Virus record (IMG/VR): IMGVR_UViG_3300017991_000062
Location: 1-64,000 of that record
Strand: one strand, 5' to 3'
Length of the DNA stretch: 64,000 bases
Origin: a virus
The notes under the pieces are model-generated. The model was not told where the DNA came from, made no database searches, and saw nothing but the letters and a program-made list of their open reading frames with translations. Positions 36,643-47,467 of the stretch are shown here, in pieces (position 1 is the first letter of the stretch; each line of letters starts with the position of its first letter). The translations under genes and the position numbers were made by a program.

Positions 36643-37046
36643 TGCCGAACCCGAACCTCATTCACCCGATCCCGGTCGTGCTTGAGCAGCTCGACAAGGC
36701 TGCCACGCTGTACGACGAGGACGCGCAGGAGCCCATCGGCCGGCCGGAGTACACCCAGGTCAGGCTCCAGGCCCAGGTGAAGTGGAGGGCCATCGACGAT
36801 CCCGACTGGATGTGGTCGGGACGCCGGGAGAGCTGGAAGGGCTACCTGCTCTTCAAGCGCTCGACCCTGGTGACCAGGGGTGTCACCATCGCGAAGGGCG
36901 ACCAGATCACGACCATCGGGCACCGCGCCTGCCGGCTCTACGTGGAGGAGTTCGAGGACGCCGGCCACTACCCCGACATCGGCGGGAACGGTCTCATGCT
37001 CGCGTTCTTCTCCGACCGCAGCCCGGCCGAGCCCCAGGAGGTCTGA
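36642..37046 (+). CDS. head closure / neck protein
   Basis: size and position; GYLLF...IAKGDQI. Confidence 0.6.
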   Translation: MPNPNLIHPIPVVLEQLDKAATLYDEDAQEPIGRPEYTQVRLQAQVKWRAIDDPDWMWSGRRESWKGYLLFKRSTLVTRGVTIAKGDQITTIGHRACRLYVEEFEDAGHYPDIGGNGLMLAFFSDRSPAEPQEV

Positions 37047-37765
37047 TGGCCACGAAGCGCGACTCCAAGGGCCGGTTCGTCGGAGGCGGCGGAAGCGGCA
37101 GCAAGGGCGGGAGCAGTTCACCCACGGCTGGCGGGACGAAGATCGGCGCGGCTGCCATCAAGAAGTCGGGGCTTGTCCTGTCGGGCGACTGGAAGAAGTA
37201 CGGCGCAACCCTGGACACCTTTGCTGACAACTTCAGCCGGCTTGTGGGCCTGGCGACAGAGCGGAACGCTATCGAGGTCCGCGACGAGATCCGGCGGCGC
37301 ATCGACCAGAAGAAGTACGGCGAGAACGCACCGCGCACCCTCATCCTCAAGGGCGGCGGATACCCCCTGGTCGGAAAGAGCGGTTCCCCGGAGAAGGCCA
37401 AGGGCGCCTCTGGTGGTGGAACCGGGGCGGCCCTGCTGAAGTCGCTCGCCTACGAGATGGAGGGGCCGCTGGCCGCGGTCGTCGGTGTCAACCGATGGGC
37501 GGTGTGGAAGGGCCGGAAGAACATCGGCAAGATCGTCCATGATGGCATCGTCATCAACGTCACCGATAAGATGCGCAAGTACTTCCTCTTCCTCGCGTTC
37601 AAGTACGGCGACAAGGGCTTCAAGCCGCTGCACCCGAAGACGACGAAGATCCGTATCCCGCCCCGGCCGTTCATCAAGACGGTGGTGGACGATGGCATGG
37701 TGCAGGCCCGCATGAAGAAGGAGTGGTCCAAGGCGGTCGACGCGGCATTCGCGGGAGGGAAGTGA
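37046..37765 (+). CDS. neck / tail-completion protein (HK97 gp10 or Mu gpG-like)
   Basis: IPPRPFI C-terminal motif; basic; position. Confidence 0.65.
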   Translation: MATKRDSKGRFVGGGGSGSKGGSSSPTAGGTKIGAAAIKKSGLVLSGDWKKYGATLDTFADNFSRLVGLATERNAIEVRDEIRRRIDQKKYGENAPRTLILKGGGYPLVGKSGSPEKAKGASGGGTGAALLKSLAYEMEGPLAAVVGVNRWAVWKGRKNIGKIVHDGIVINVTDKMRKYFLFLAFKYGDKGFKPLHPKTTKIRIPPRPFIKTVVDDGMVQARMKKEWSKAVDAAFAGGK

Positions 37766-39009
37766 TGCGCGAGCAGGTGCTCATCAAGGCGTTCAACTAC
37801 GGGGAGGAGTGGCGCGCCGACCTCGTGTTCAGCGACACCGACATCTACCTGGAAAGCCGCAACGCTGGTCGCGGGGTCCAGCTCCGCGCCGACAGCGAGG
37901 GGGAGTACCCCACCACGGGTGAGCACTTCGTGCGGCACCGGGTCACCGAGCCCCTCGCCCTGCGCGAGTGGGAGAGCTTCGCCTGCGAGGCCATCGAGCC
38001 GGCCGGCACCAGTGTCACCTTCCGGCTCTCGGACGGGACCGACGACTACTACTGGGACGGGGGCGCCTGGGTCACCCCTGCTACGGCCTGGTCTTCCGCA
38101 CAAGAGCTGAACGACAACGCCTCCAGCTTCCGGGGCGTGGTCGACTCGAAGAAGCTCCAGGTCGTCGCTAGGCTGGCCACGACCGATCCGAACTTGACTC
38201 CGCGCCTCACCACGACTAAACTCCTGTATCGAGTCTGGATCAACTTCACGGAGGACTTGCTGTTGCGCTCCCTGGTTCCCACCATCAAGAGCCAGATCCG
38301 GCCGTGGAAGGACACGGCCTTCAAGCTCAAGAGCGACACCGACACGCTCGCCATCGGCGAGGGCGGCGCCTACACGGTGCGGCCCTACAAGGCGCTCGAA
38401 ATCGTCGGCGTCTGGGACCACGACAGCGACCCCGACCACCGAACCAACCTGCTCCAGAGCTACGACGACTCGGCCGAGGAGATCACGCTCACCAGCGTCC
38501 AGGCTACCGGGACGCGGCTGTGGGTCGCGTTCCGCTACGCCCCGTCCGTGAGCGTGGCGAAGCATCCCGACTACACCGAGGTCGAGGACCTCGTGCCCGT
38601 GCTCGTCCTGGAGAACCTCCGCGCTGTCGACGTGCTCCGCGGCACCCCGGCCCGGCGTGACTCGGTCATCGACCAGGCCACGGGCGCGGCCAAGGTCATC
38701 AGCAAGGTGGACGCGACCACGTTCGATCTCGACATCCTGGTTTCAGCAGACCGGGACACCGACCGCATGCGCCTCGCAGACGCGGTCAAGGACTACTTCG
38801 ACGACAACCCGCTGCTCAACCTCGCGGGCGTCGACGAGGCCACCCCTGTTCGCATCCTGAACGACCCCTCCTTCACCGGGCGACCAGATGGGAGCGGGCT
38901 ACTTCAGGACCAGATCACGCTTCGGCTCGACCGCCTTCACTACTTCCCCAGAGCGGAAGATAGGTGGGCGGTCCAGACTTTTGTACCGGCACTGGCACCG
39001 CGCCCCTAG
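37765..39009 (+). CDS. tail terminator-like protein with N-terminal extension
   Basis: position immediately before the sheath gene. Confidence 0.5.
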   Translation: MREQVLIKAFNYGEEWRADLVFSDTDIYLESRNAGRGVQLRADSEGEYPTTGEHFVRHRVTEPLALREWESFACEAIEPAGTSVTFRLSDGTDDYYWDGGAWVTPATAWSSAQELNDNASSFRGVVDSKKLQVVARLATTDPNLTPRLTTTKLLYRVWINFTEDLLLRSLVPTIKSQIRPWKDTAFKLKSDTDTLAIGEGGAYTVRPYKALEIVGVWDHDSDPDHRTNLLQSYDDSAEEITLTSVQATGTRLWVAFRYAPSVSVAKHPDYTEVEDLVPVLVLENLRAVDVLRGTPARRDSVIDQATGAAKVISKVDATTFDLDILVSADRDTDRMRLADAVKDYFDDNPLLNLAGVDEATPVRILNDPSFTGRPDGSGLLQDQITLRLDRLHYFPRAEDRWAVQTFVPALAPRP

Positions 39010-39063
39010 CAACACGGGGTCGGCACAGGCCGGCGAGACGAGAACGGAAGGACAGGTGCAGAC

Positions 39064-41475
39064 ATGGCGCAGCGGCGTTTCGGTCCAGTGCTCGGCCCCG
39101 GTACGGCAGTCGTGGAGAAGGAGGCCCAGAAGCAGATCGTGCCCGGCGCGCTCGGCATCACGGGCCACATCGGCATCTACGAGAAGGGGCCTGTGAGCGA
39201 GCTGGATGGCTGCCTCAAGCGGGGCGACTTCGTCAACAAGTTCGGCGGCCGGATCTCGCAGTCGCTCTGCCCCGACGCGGCCCAGGACTTCTTCAGCCTG
39301 GGCGACGGCGCGGGCGAGCTGTGGCCGGTGCGCGTCACGGACGGCGAGGAGGAGAACGCGCACGCGACCTTCTGGACGCGCCACGACGACAGCAACCCGG
39401 GCAGCGGCACCTTCTTCAACGGCGCGCTGCCCTCCCTCAAGGTCGAGGGCAAGAGCGCCGGGATGTGGGCCGGCGGTGCCTTCCACTACGAGCAGAGCGT
39501 GGCCGCGGCTGACGTGACCGCCACCACCATCGACCTCGGCCTGGGCGCCGGGGCGCTCGCCGTCGACATCATGCTCGGCGCCACCATCCACGTCGAGGAG
39601 CCCTACGGTGCCGGCCGAGCTGGTCCCTACAAGGTAACGGGCAACACCGATGCCGGCGTGGTGAGCGTCGAGGCTCACAACGACATGGCGACCGACTGGC
39701 CGGCCGACCCGAGCATCGTCATCATCGAGCGCCAGAACACCCACCCGGTCACCGACAACCCGCGGCACGTCAGCGTCGTGTTCGGCGACGGCGTGGAGAA
39801 CCCGCTCACCGAGTTCTCGATGACGGTGTACGTCGACGGTGTCGAGGTGCGCACCTACGAGAACCTCTCGATGGACCCGGCCTCGGGCCGCTACGTCGAG
39901 AACGTGGTCAACAACGACTCGGGGAACCACTGGGTCACGGTCACGAACCAGTGGACGGGCGGCGTCACCGCCCTCTCCCGCCCGACCAACGCCTGGCGCG
40001 GCGAGTCGGCGGCCCTCGTCGACCCGCTGGACAGCGACCCCGACCTCCTGACGGCCATCACCCAGGTCGTCGCCTATGGCGGCACGAACACGGGCGACGG
40101 CACGGCCACGGTGACGGCCTTCACGGACGACTACCTGGAGGACGAGATCCTCCTGACCTGCACCACCCTCGGCGGCGACGGTGTCGGTAAGTTCTCGGTG
40201 GCGTCCAACATCTACGGCACCAGCGCGGCCGACGTGCTCACCAGCGGCACGGCCTTCGCACTCGGTGACCGAGGCGTGACCGTGTTGGTCTCTGGCGGCG
40301 CGACCGATTGGGCCGTGGCCGACACCATCACCATCAAGGTCTACCGGCTCGCGAAGAACGACGCGCTGGTCGGTGGCTACCTGTGGCCCGACGTGGATGG
40401 CGCCCCGAACGACAGCTACCGCATCATCGAGAACAAGGGCAACACCATCCGCGTGAGCATCGGCTCCGACCTGACCAGCGTGGCCACCCCGGGCGACACC
40501 TTCAAGGTCGAGGCGCCGCAGCAACTCACCGAGGGGTGGGACGGCTTCGGTGGCCTCAAGACCAATCTGAACCCGTGGCTCGTCGCCCTCGATGTGGCGA
40601 GCTGCCCCTGGAACGGGCTGCGCGGCCAGGACAAGGGTCTCGTGAAGCTCGCCTCCCCGGGAATCGGGTGGTGGGGTGAGGAGTACACCCTGCTCTCCGA
40701 GCTGGTCGAGAAGGCCGGCCTGGAGTACGCCGAGAGCCGCGGCTACGAGTGGCGGGTCGAGGTGCCCCCGAGCACGGTGGACGAGATCAACGCGGACGCC
40801 TACGTGAACTCCACGGTCGGCAAGAACGACTTCGGCGTCACGAGCTTCCCGACCTACTGCTACGTCCTGGACCCCGACAGCACGGACGGCGCCCTCAAGC
40901 TGGTGTCGATGGTCGGCATGGCTCACGGCCGCGAGGCCGCGGTCGCCCGCGACTACAAGGGGTATCACAAGGCCGCGTCCGGTATCGAGGTCACGCTGCC
41001 CCGGGTGGTGAAGCTCGCGACGGACGGCCTGGTCATCAACCTGGAGTACACCAACCCGCGGGGTCTGAACGCGATCCTGAAGAAGGGCGGGAACTACGTG
41101 CTCTGGGGCGACCGCACCATCGCCCAGGACCCGGCCTGGAAGTGGAAGCACCAGCGCGAGCAGATGAGCCACTACGAGCTGTCCCTCATGGAGAGCTTCG
41201 ACTGGATCATCTGGGCGATCAACGACCAGTCGACCTGGCAGCTCGCGCTCACGGCGCTCTACTCCTTCTTCCTGCCGGAGTACCGCAAGGGCGCCCTCCA
41301 GGGCGACACCTTCGAGCAGGCCGCGGCCATCAAGGTCGACGGCGACATCAACGACGCGGCCGAGCGAGCGGCTGGCAACCTGAACGCCGAGACGACGCTC
41401 TGGCTGGCCGACACGGTCGAGCGCTTCGTCATCACGATGGGCAAGAAGGGCATCTTCGAGGAGGTCGTGGCCTAG
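39064..41475 (+). CDS. contractile tail sheath protein
   Basis: PGTAVVE, EKGPV, KSAGMW, GYHKAASG, NPRGLNAI...LWGDRT, AERFV-like end. Confidence 0.92.
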   Translation: MAQRRFGPVLGPGTAVVEKEAQKQIVPGALGITGHIGIYEKGPVSELDGCLKRGDFVNKFGGRISQSLCPDAAQDFFSLGDGAGELWPVRVTDGEEENAHATFWTRHDDSNPGSGTFFNGALPSLKVEGKSAGMWAGGAFHYEQSVAAADVTATTIDLGLGAGALAVDIMLGATIHVEEPYGAGRAGPYKVTGNTDAGVVSVEAHNDMATDWPADPSIVIIERQNTHPVTDNPRHVSVVFGDGVENPLTEFSMTVYVDGVEVRTYENLSMDPASGRYVENVVNNDSGNHWVTVTNQWTGGVTALSRPTNAWRGESAALVDPLDSDPDLLTAITQVVAYGGTNTGDGTATVTAFTDDYLEDEILLTCTTLGGDGVGKFSVASNIYGTSAADVLTSGTAFALGDRGVTVLVSGGATDWAVADTITIKVYRLAKNDALVGGYLWPDVDGAPNDSYRIIENKGNTIRVSIGSDLTSVATPGDTFKVEAPQQLTEGWDGFGGLKTNLNPWLVALDVASCPWNGLRGQDKGLVKLASPGIGWWGEEYTLLSELVEKAGLEYAESRGYEWRVEVPPSTVDEINADAYVNSTVGKNDFGVTSFPTYCYVLDPDSTDGALKLVSMVGMAHGREAAVARDYKGYHKAASGIEVTLPRVVKLATDGLVINLEYTNPRGLNAILKKGGNYVLWGDRTIAQDPAWKWKHQREQMSHYELSLMESFDWIIWAINDQSTWQLALTALYSFFLPEYRKGALQGDTFEQAAAIKVDGDINDAAERAAGNLNAETTLWLADTVERFVITMGKKGIFEEVVA

Positions 41476-41536
41476 CGGCCCGGCAGCCTTTGGATTGACC
41501 AGCCCCGGGGTACGGGGCGCCGAGAGGAGGATCGAC

Positions 41537-41848
41537 ATGGCAAGCGGTGGCAGCAGGTGCAAGACGGGCATCGTGACCGGGACCGGCTCCGACATGAGCG
41601 TCGAGGGCGTGGGCTTCCGGCCGCGGCGTGTCCAGCTCATCAACATCGACGGCAACTCCCGCGCCGACTGGGGCGAGCAGATGCCGGACGACGCGATGGC
41701 GAAGATCGTGGACAGCGGCGCGGGCGCGACCGACCTGTCCTACGTCACCACGGACGGCGTGACGCCCTCGCACGACGGCTTCGACCTGGGCGCCGACACC
41801 GACCTGAACGTCAGCGGCGAGCAGGTCATGTGGACGTGCTGGGACTAG
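41537..41848 (+). CDS. small structural protein
   Basis: GAGGAGG RBS; TGTG...GFRPRRV motif of fibre-like domains. Confidence 0.55.
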   Translation: MASGGSRCKTGIVTGTGSDMSVEGVGFRPRRVQLINIDGNSRADWGEQMPDDAMAKIVDSGAGATDLSYVTTDGVTPSHDGFDLGADTDLNVSGEQVMWTCWD

Positions 41849-41908
41849 GCTGACCCGGCTACCGTTCACCGGGGCGATGCGCTGACCTGAACGGAGGAGG
41901 AGGTCGCT

Positions 41909-42358
41909 ATGCTCGGCAAGGCGACGCTGGAGCCGGACCACAACCCGGTTTCCCGATTCGATCTGCTCGTGGTGGGCATTCCGGTCCCCATCCACTTCAT
42001 CACCCTCTCGGGCATCGAGGAGGAAGGTGAGGTGGTGGACCTGCCCGACAAGACCCGGGCGACGGGTGGCCGCACGAACGCGGTGGAGTTCACGGCCACG
42101 ATCCCGATGCACCACACCGCGGAGTACCTCGCCCTGGAGCAGTGGTTCGCCGCGGCCCACGACAAGGTGACGCCCGACTACAAGCGGGCGGCGACCCTGC
42201 TCGTGTGGAACCTCTCGCAGGGGCTCCCCCGGAGCTTCCTCCTGGAGGGCGTCTGGATCTCCCGGCGAGGGCTGCCCGACCTGGACGGCGGGAATGACGG
42301 CGAGATGGCCGTCATCGAGTACACCTTCCAGGCCGACAACGTCGCCATCGGGACCTAG
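41909..42358 (+). CDS. tail tube protein (T4 gp19-like)
   Basis: F..LSGI, YKRAATL, WIS...PDLDG...IEYTF. Confidence 0.8.
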   Translation: MLGKATLEPDHNPVSRFDLLVVGIPVPIHFITLSGIEEEGEVVDLPDKTRATGGRTNAVEFTATIPMHHTAEYLALEQWFAAAHDKVTPDYKRAATLLVWNLSQGLPRSFLLEGVWISRRGLPDLDGGNDGEMAVIEYTFQADNVAIGT

Positions 42359-42445
42359 ACCGCTTCGAGCTGACGCGCGCCTGGCGCGTCGAACCCGGCA
42401 ACACGCCTCACAACCGCCCGGCGACGGGCCGACTTGGAGGAGCCA

Positions 42446-43303
42446 ATGACCGACCCCGCAGAGACCCAGGGCACCGAGACGGCAGCCGAGCCCACGGCTG
42501 CCGCTGTGCGTACCGCCACCCTCGCCGACCTGGGGTACAACCTGCCCCTCGGAATTCCGACTGGAGCTGTACTCGCCAAGGCATTCGCGTTCCGCCCCTA
42601 CACGATGGCACAGGACAAGGCCATCGCACGGGACTTTGAGGCGAACGCGGACTCGACCGAGGCGGCCAAGGTCACCTCGACCCTGAAGCACCTGCTCGTC
42701 ACCCTGGGCGACATGGACCTGTCGGAGGCCAAGCCCGAGGAGGTCGAGGCCCACGTCAAGGGCATGTTCTTCGGCGACGTGATGTTCGCCTACGTCATGG
42801 CTCGGGTAGCGAGCCTCGGGAAGGGGTTGTCCTTCCCGTACCGCTGCCCTTTCTGCGGCACCCCGTTCGTGTTCGAGGGAGACCTCACCACGATCCGGGT
42901 CAGGGCTTTCGACACCCCCGAAAGCCTGGAGCAGTTCGTCACGCTGCCTGTGCCGTGGAAGCTACGCGACAAGGCGGTCACCCGGCTGCTCCTGCGGCCG
43001 TCGCCCTGGGGCATGATCGAGGGGAAGATGCACACCCCGGTCCACTACCAGGCGGCCATCATGCAGGGCGCGATCCTGGGTGCGGACGACAAGGAAGATG
43101 GGCCGCTCGATGGCGAACGGCTGCGGCTGACCCCGTTCGAGGTGGACAGCATGCCGAAGCGCATCATCAACTTCCTCAACGACGAGGTGGCGCGCACGAA
43201 CGGCGGCCCAGAGCTGTCGGTGCGGACCACCTGCCCGTCGCCAGGCTGCAAGCGCGAGCTGGACCAGCCGCTCGACTGGAGCTACGAGTCTTTTTTCGGC
43301 TAG
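42446..43303 (+). CDS. tail assembly chaperone (T4 gp26-like, two CxxC)
   Basis: GDVMF...YRCPFCG; CPSPGC; FFG end; precedes tape measure. Confidence 0.7.
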   Translation: MTDPAETQGTETAAEPTAAAVRTATLADLGYNLPLGIPTGAVLAKAFAFRPYTMAQDKAIARDFEANADSTEAAKVTSTLKHLLVTLGDMDLSEAKPEEVEAHVKGMFFGDVMFAYVMARVASLGKGLSFPYRCPFCGTPFVFEGDLTTIRVRAFDTPESLEQFVTLPVPWKLRDKAVTRLLLRPSPWGMIEGKMHTPVHYQAAIMQGAILGADDKEDGPLDGERLRLTPFEVDSMPKRIINFLNDEVARTNGGPELSVRTTCPSPGCKRELDQPLDWSYESFFG

Positions 43304-43503
43304 TGCGGCCGGGCCTGGGGCTGTCCCGGGAGGAGCTGGTGGAGCTGACCTACCAACTTGCACACCGGACCAAGGGCGGCATCCCGGCGCAATACATCGA
43401 CACGCTACCCGTCACCGAGGTAGGATTGTACGTGGACGCCTACCTCAAGCAACGCGACCGCGACGAGAAGGCGCTCGACAAGGCCAAGCGGGGGCAGAAG
43501 TAG
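43291..43503 (+). CDS. -1 frameshift extension of the tail chaperone (gpGT-like)
   Basis: slippery T TTT TTC at 43291-43297; -1 frame open to 43503 with no ATG of its own. Confidence 0.8.
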   Translation, partial: FFRLVRPGLGLSREELVELTYQLAHRTKGGIPAQYIDTLPVTEVGLYVDAYLKQRDRDEKALDKAKRGQK

Positions 43504-43512
43504 GAGCCTAGC

Positions 43513-46134
43513 ATGCCGACGAAGATGGGGCTGTTCGCACGGCTCTCTTTCGACGGAGGCAAGGCCGTCACCGGCATGCGACAGGCCAGCGGAGCGTTCC
43601 GCGGCATGTCGCAGGCGGCTCGCGGTGCGCAACAGGCCGCGACCGGCGTGAAGCAGGTGATGGGCGGCATGACCATCGCTGCGACCGCGATGTCGGCCGG
43701 CGTGGGCGTCGCCCTGAAGAAGGCATCCAACTTCGAGTCCCAGATGGCCACGGTCAAGGGCCTGGTCACCCTCAACGCGAAGCTCCAGAAGCAAACCGCC
43801 GCGGAAGCTGCTCGCGACGTGGGCAAGCTCAACAACCTCGCGAAGAAGCTCGGCGCGAGCACCCGGTTCACCGCGACCCAGGCGGCCGAGGGAATCGAGG
43901 TGATGACCCGGGCCGGCTTCGCGGTGGATGACGTGGTGAGCGGCCTGCCCGGTGTGCTCCAAGCTGCGGCGGCCGAGAACATCGGCCTCGCCGACGCCAC
44001 GAACGTCGTCGCTGGTGTGCTGCGGCAGTTCAACCTCGATAGCTCGCAGGCGACCAAGGTCGCCGACATCCTCGCGGCGACCAGTGCTGCCACGAACACG
44101 AACATCCTGGAGCTAGGCGAGGCGTTCCGCTACGGCGGCCTCCAGGCGGCCACCCTTGGCATCAGCGCCCAGGACACCGCGGCGATGATGGGCCTGCTCG
44201 CCAACTCCACCCTCAAGGCCAGCGTGGGCGGCACCAGCCTCACAAACATGCTGGTGAAGCTGGCCAAGCCCACCTCCAAGGGCGCGAAGCTCATCAAGGA
44301 GTGGGGCGTCAGGCTGAAGGACGCCCGCACGAAGGAGCTTCGCCCGATGGGCGACATCGTCAAGGACCTGACCAAGGCCCTCGCCGGTCAGGATGACGTG
44401 CTCCAGCGCACGGCCGATCTCCAGGAGGTGTTCGGGCGCCGCGGTGCTCGGGCCGCCATCGCCCTCGTCGCTGCCCAGAAGAAGGTCGAGAAGCAGTTCG
44501 GCAAGTCGGCCACGGCCATCACCGACCTCTCCGAGCGCCTCAACCAGGACGGCGCCGCGGCCGACCTCGCGGAGGCCAAGCTCGACTCGCTGTCAGGCCA
44601 GATCACGATCCTCGGGTCGGCTCTGGAGGGCTTCGCTATCGAGGCGATGGAGCCGTTCATGCGCTCCATGACCGGCGGGGTCAAGGGCTTCTCGACCCAG
44701 GTGCAGGACGTGGCGACCGCGCTGCGGCTGCTGAACGCGGACACGACCAGGTCAACCGAGGAGTTCAAGGCCCAGTGGTCTACCGTGCCCGAGAGCGCCC
44801 GAGAGTTCGCCGAGGGCGTGATGGAGGGCATCGCCGGGGTGAAGGAGGGCTTCCAGTCGTTGAAGCAGACCTTCAGCGGCGTGATGAGCTTCTTTGGCAT
44901 GGGCGGCAGCCCCAGGGAGACGGCGAAGCTGATGACCCAGGTGGTCGGGCTCGCCCCGGCGATTCTGGGCCTGGCGGCGGCGCTGAAGGTGCTGTCGATG
45001 GGCTTCGGCATGGCGGCCGGCGGCGCGAAGATCCTCGCTGGCTCGTCCAAGATGCTGCTCGGTGCTGGCCGAGCCGGCGTGGGGGCTGGCAAGGGCGTCT
45101 TCGGCGCTCTGGCCCGCTTTGGCGCGGGGCGTATCCCGGGCGGCAAGGCGGCGGCTGCGGCGGCTGGTGTCGGGCTGTCGGCCGCGGCCCAGGGGCAGCC
45201 GGTCTACGTCACCAACTTCCACGAACTTGCGATGATGGGCGGCGTGGGCGGTGCGGCCGGAAAGCTCGGCAAGGGCGCGGCGGCTGCGGCAGGCGGCAAG
45301 GCTGCCGGCGGGTGGGCGTTCACCGGGGCTCGCGGCCTCGGCCGGTTCCTGCTCGGGGGTGCCGGGGCCACGGCCGGCGCGGCAGCCCTGGGGATCTTCG
45401 GGTCCATCTTCGAGGTGCTGCGCGCGAGTGCCGAGTCGATCAACCTCATCGGCGACTACGAGAAGCTCGCCCGATACAACCCGCTCCGGGAAATGGCCGA
45501 GAAGGAGAAGAGGCAGGCCGAGGCCCGCAAGAAGTCCGAGCAGGTGAAGCGCACCATCGAGGCACGGACCAAGCGCGCGGAGTTCGGCGGCGAGATGGAC
45601 TTCGGGACGCTGGCCACGGCGCGGCAACTCGGCGGCCGGTTCCTGGAGAAGGCCAGGGCCGGGCTCATGGCCCAGGCGGAAACCCTCGCAGCCGAGGGTG
45701 AGACGAGCAAGGTGACGCGCATCCTGCGCGAGCTTGGCACCTCGTTCCGCCTGGACGAGTCGGGTGACCTGCCGAAGCTGGCGATGGCCGAGCAGGAGCG
45801 CAAGCGGCTCGCGAAGCTGCGGCGGATGAAGTCGTTCACCCCGGAGCAGCGTGGTGAACTGGCACGGCTGGCCGGGCTGGAGAAGCAGCTCGCAGACCTC
45901 ACCCGGCTGCTCGGCGTCACCCTCGCGGGCCGGCAGGCCGGCGCTGATGTCCCGACCAGGGCCGAACTCGACATCCGGCTGGAGGTCGAGGGCCAGCAAC
46001 TCGCCCGCGCCATGAAGGTCGCCGAGATGAACTGGCTCAAGGGCACGGGCGAGACGCCCGACCCCGAGGTGCAGCGGACGATGGAATACACCGGATTCGC
46101 ACCACCCCCCTCCGCGACGGGCGAGACGAGGTAG
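43513..46134 (+). CDS. tape measure protein (TP901 family)
   Basis: STRFTATQAAEG, LPGVLQAAAA, ADILA, GGTSL repeats. Confidence 0.92.
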   Translation: MPTKMGLFARLSFDGGKAVTGMRQASGAFRGMSQAARGAQQAATGVKQVMGGMTIAATAMSAGVGVALKKASNFESQMATVKGLVTLNAKLQKQTAAEAARDVGKLNNLAKKLGASTRFTATQAAEGIEVMTRAGFAVDDVVSGLPGVLQAAAAENIGLADATNVVAGVLRQFNLDSSQATKVADILAATSAATNTNILELGEAFRYGGLQAATLGISAQDTAAMMGLLANSTLKASVGGTSLTNMLVKLAKPTSKGAKLIKEWGVRLKDARTKELRPMGDIVKDLTKALAGQDDVLQRTADLQEVFGRRGARAAIALVAAQKKVEKQFGKSATAITDLSERLNQDGAAADLAEAKLDSLSGQITILGSALEGFAIEAMEPFMRSMTGGVKGFSTQVQDVATALRLLNADTTRSTEEFKAQWSTVPESAREFAEGVMEGIAGVKEGFQSLKQTFSGVMSFFGMGGSPRETAKLMTQVVGLAPAILGLAAALKVLSMGFGMAAGGAKILAGSSKMLLGAGRAGVGAGKGVFGALARFGAGRIPGGKAAAAAAGVGLSAAAQGQPVYVTNFHELAMMGGVGGAAGKLGKGAAAAAGGKAAGGWAFTGARGLGRFLLGGAGATAGAAALGIFGSIFEVLRASAESINLIGDYEKLARYNPLREMAEKEKRQAEARKKSEQVKRTIEARTKRAEFGGEMDFGTLATARQLGGRFLEKARAGLMAQAETLAAEGETSKVTRILRELGTSFRLDESGDLPKLAMAEQERKRLAKLRRMKSFTPEQRGELARLAGLEKQLADLTRLLGVTLAGRQAGADVPTRAELDIRLEVEGQQLARAMKVAEMNWLKGTGETPDPEVQRTMEYTGFAPPPSATGETR

Positions 46135-46137
46135 AGT

Positions 46138-46974
46138 ATGGGTCACGGATACGCATTCAAGCCCCTCCCGTGGCGCCTGTGGAATACGGAGACCTGGGAG
46201 GTCATCGAGTCGGGCTACAACGTCGACGGCGACATCGTGGAGTCATTCGGCGGCAACTGGGTCACGGTTGCGGCGCCTGGCATGGCCGACCCGATTCAGC
46301 AGTGGAGCAGCGGCCGGCAGAAGACGGTCAGCCTGGACCTGTTCTTCTTCGCCGAGCACTTCTACGACGAGATTGTCAGCAAGGTAAACCAGATCAAGCG
46401 GTGGGCCGAGATCGACTCCAAGCTGTCGCCGGCCCGCGTGCCCCGGCTCCTGTTCGACTACGGCGAGGCGTTCCAGATCCCGTGCAAGCTGGACGCGGTG
46501 GGCGCGCTCCGGTGGCAGGGCCGGCTCCGCGACGACGGAACCCCGCGAGTCGCCCGGGTGAGCCTGGTGCTGCGACGGTGGGTCGACTCCATCCAGTACG
46601 TGCCCACCGACCCCTCGGCTCGGCCGTCCACCACGGTCTACCACACCGTCAAGGAGGGGCAGACCTTCGAGCACGTCGCGGCGCGCCGCTACGGCCCAGA
46701 GAACGCGATCCTGGGCGTGCTCCTGCGGCAGGACAACCCCGACATGATTCCGCTGCTCGAAGGGCAGACAGTAGAGGTGCCTGACCTCGACAAGATGACC
46801 GACCGCACCATCGAGGGCACCTTCCCGCTCTTCTCTGGGACCGACTCGGCCGAGACGGCGCTGGAGGACCACTGGGATCTCCGCAGTGACGCGACCGAGG
46901 CGCCAGGCTCGGGCGACTTCCCGGCCGATGCTGGTCAGGCCGAGCTGTCGGTCGTGTTCAGCGTGGGGGCGTAA
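46138..46974 (+). CDS. tube initiator / LysM-tail X protein
   Basis: P.QQWSSG, PRLLFDYG, HTVKEGQTFEHVAARRYG (LysM-like). Confidence 0.75.
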   Translation: MGHGYAFKPLPWRLWNTETWEVIESGYNVDGDIVESFGGNWVTVAAPGMADPIQQWSSGRQKTVSLDLFFFAEHFYDEIVSKVNQIKRWAEIDSKLSPARVPRLLFDYGEAFQIPCKLDAVGALRWQGRLRDDGTPRVARVSLVLRRWVDSIQYVPTDPSARPSTTVYHTVKEGQTFEHVAARRYGPENAILGVLLRQDNPDMIPLLEGQTVEVPDLDKMTDRTIEGTFPLFSGTDSAETALEDHWDLRSDATEAPGSGDFPADAGQAELSVVFSVGA

Positions 46975-46976
46975 CG

Positions 46977-47459
46977 ATGGCTGACTTCGCGACAGTCCTG
47001 TTCGAGCGGCTCGACGGTAGCACCTGGGTCCGCACCGGGCTCGAAGACCTGGGCACGCTGCTCGCCGGCACCCCGGGCTCCACCATCGACCTCCGGGTGC
47101 GTAACGTCGGGGTCGACCGGACAGGTGTGCTGCTCTACACCGGCAGCGAGAGCACGACCCTCGGCACAGCCGATCTTGTGGAGCTTGCCGCCTGGGGCGA
47201 TGCCGGCTACGGCTTGCAGGTGCAGCAGAAGAACGGCCCGCTCCCGGCCGACTGGGGCTCCTGGACCAGCTTCACCAGCACCGTCACGACCATGACCCTG
47301 TCGCGCTACGGGGTGGACCCGAACCAGACGACGGACGGTGACTTGCCGAAGTCGCTGGCCTGCCAGTTCCGCATCCGGCTCTACGTCCCGCCCGGCGAGG
47401 AGGGGCGCAGCCGCAAGTTCAAGCCTCGCCTGGGCGTGCGCTACGCCTCGGCGGCGTGA
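46977..47459 (+). CDS. putative tail/baseplate protein
   Basis: operonic. Confidence 0.5.
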   Translation: MADFATVLFERLDGSTWVRTGLEDLGTLLAGTPGSTIDLRVRNVGVDRTGVLLYTGSESTTLGTADLVELAAWGDAGYGLQVQQKNGPLPADWGSWTSFTSTVTTMTLSRYGVDPNQTTDGDLPKSLACQFRIRLYVPPGEEGRSRKFKPRLGVRYASAA

Positions 47460-47467
47460 GGTGAGGC

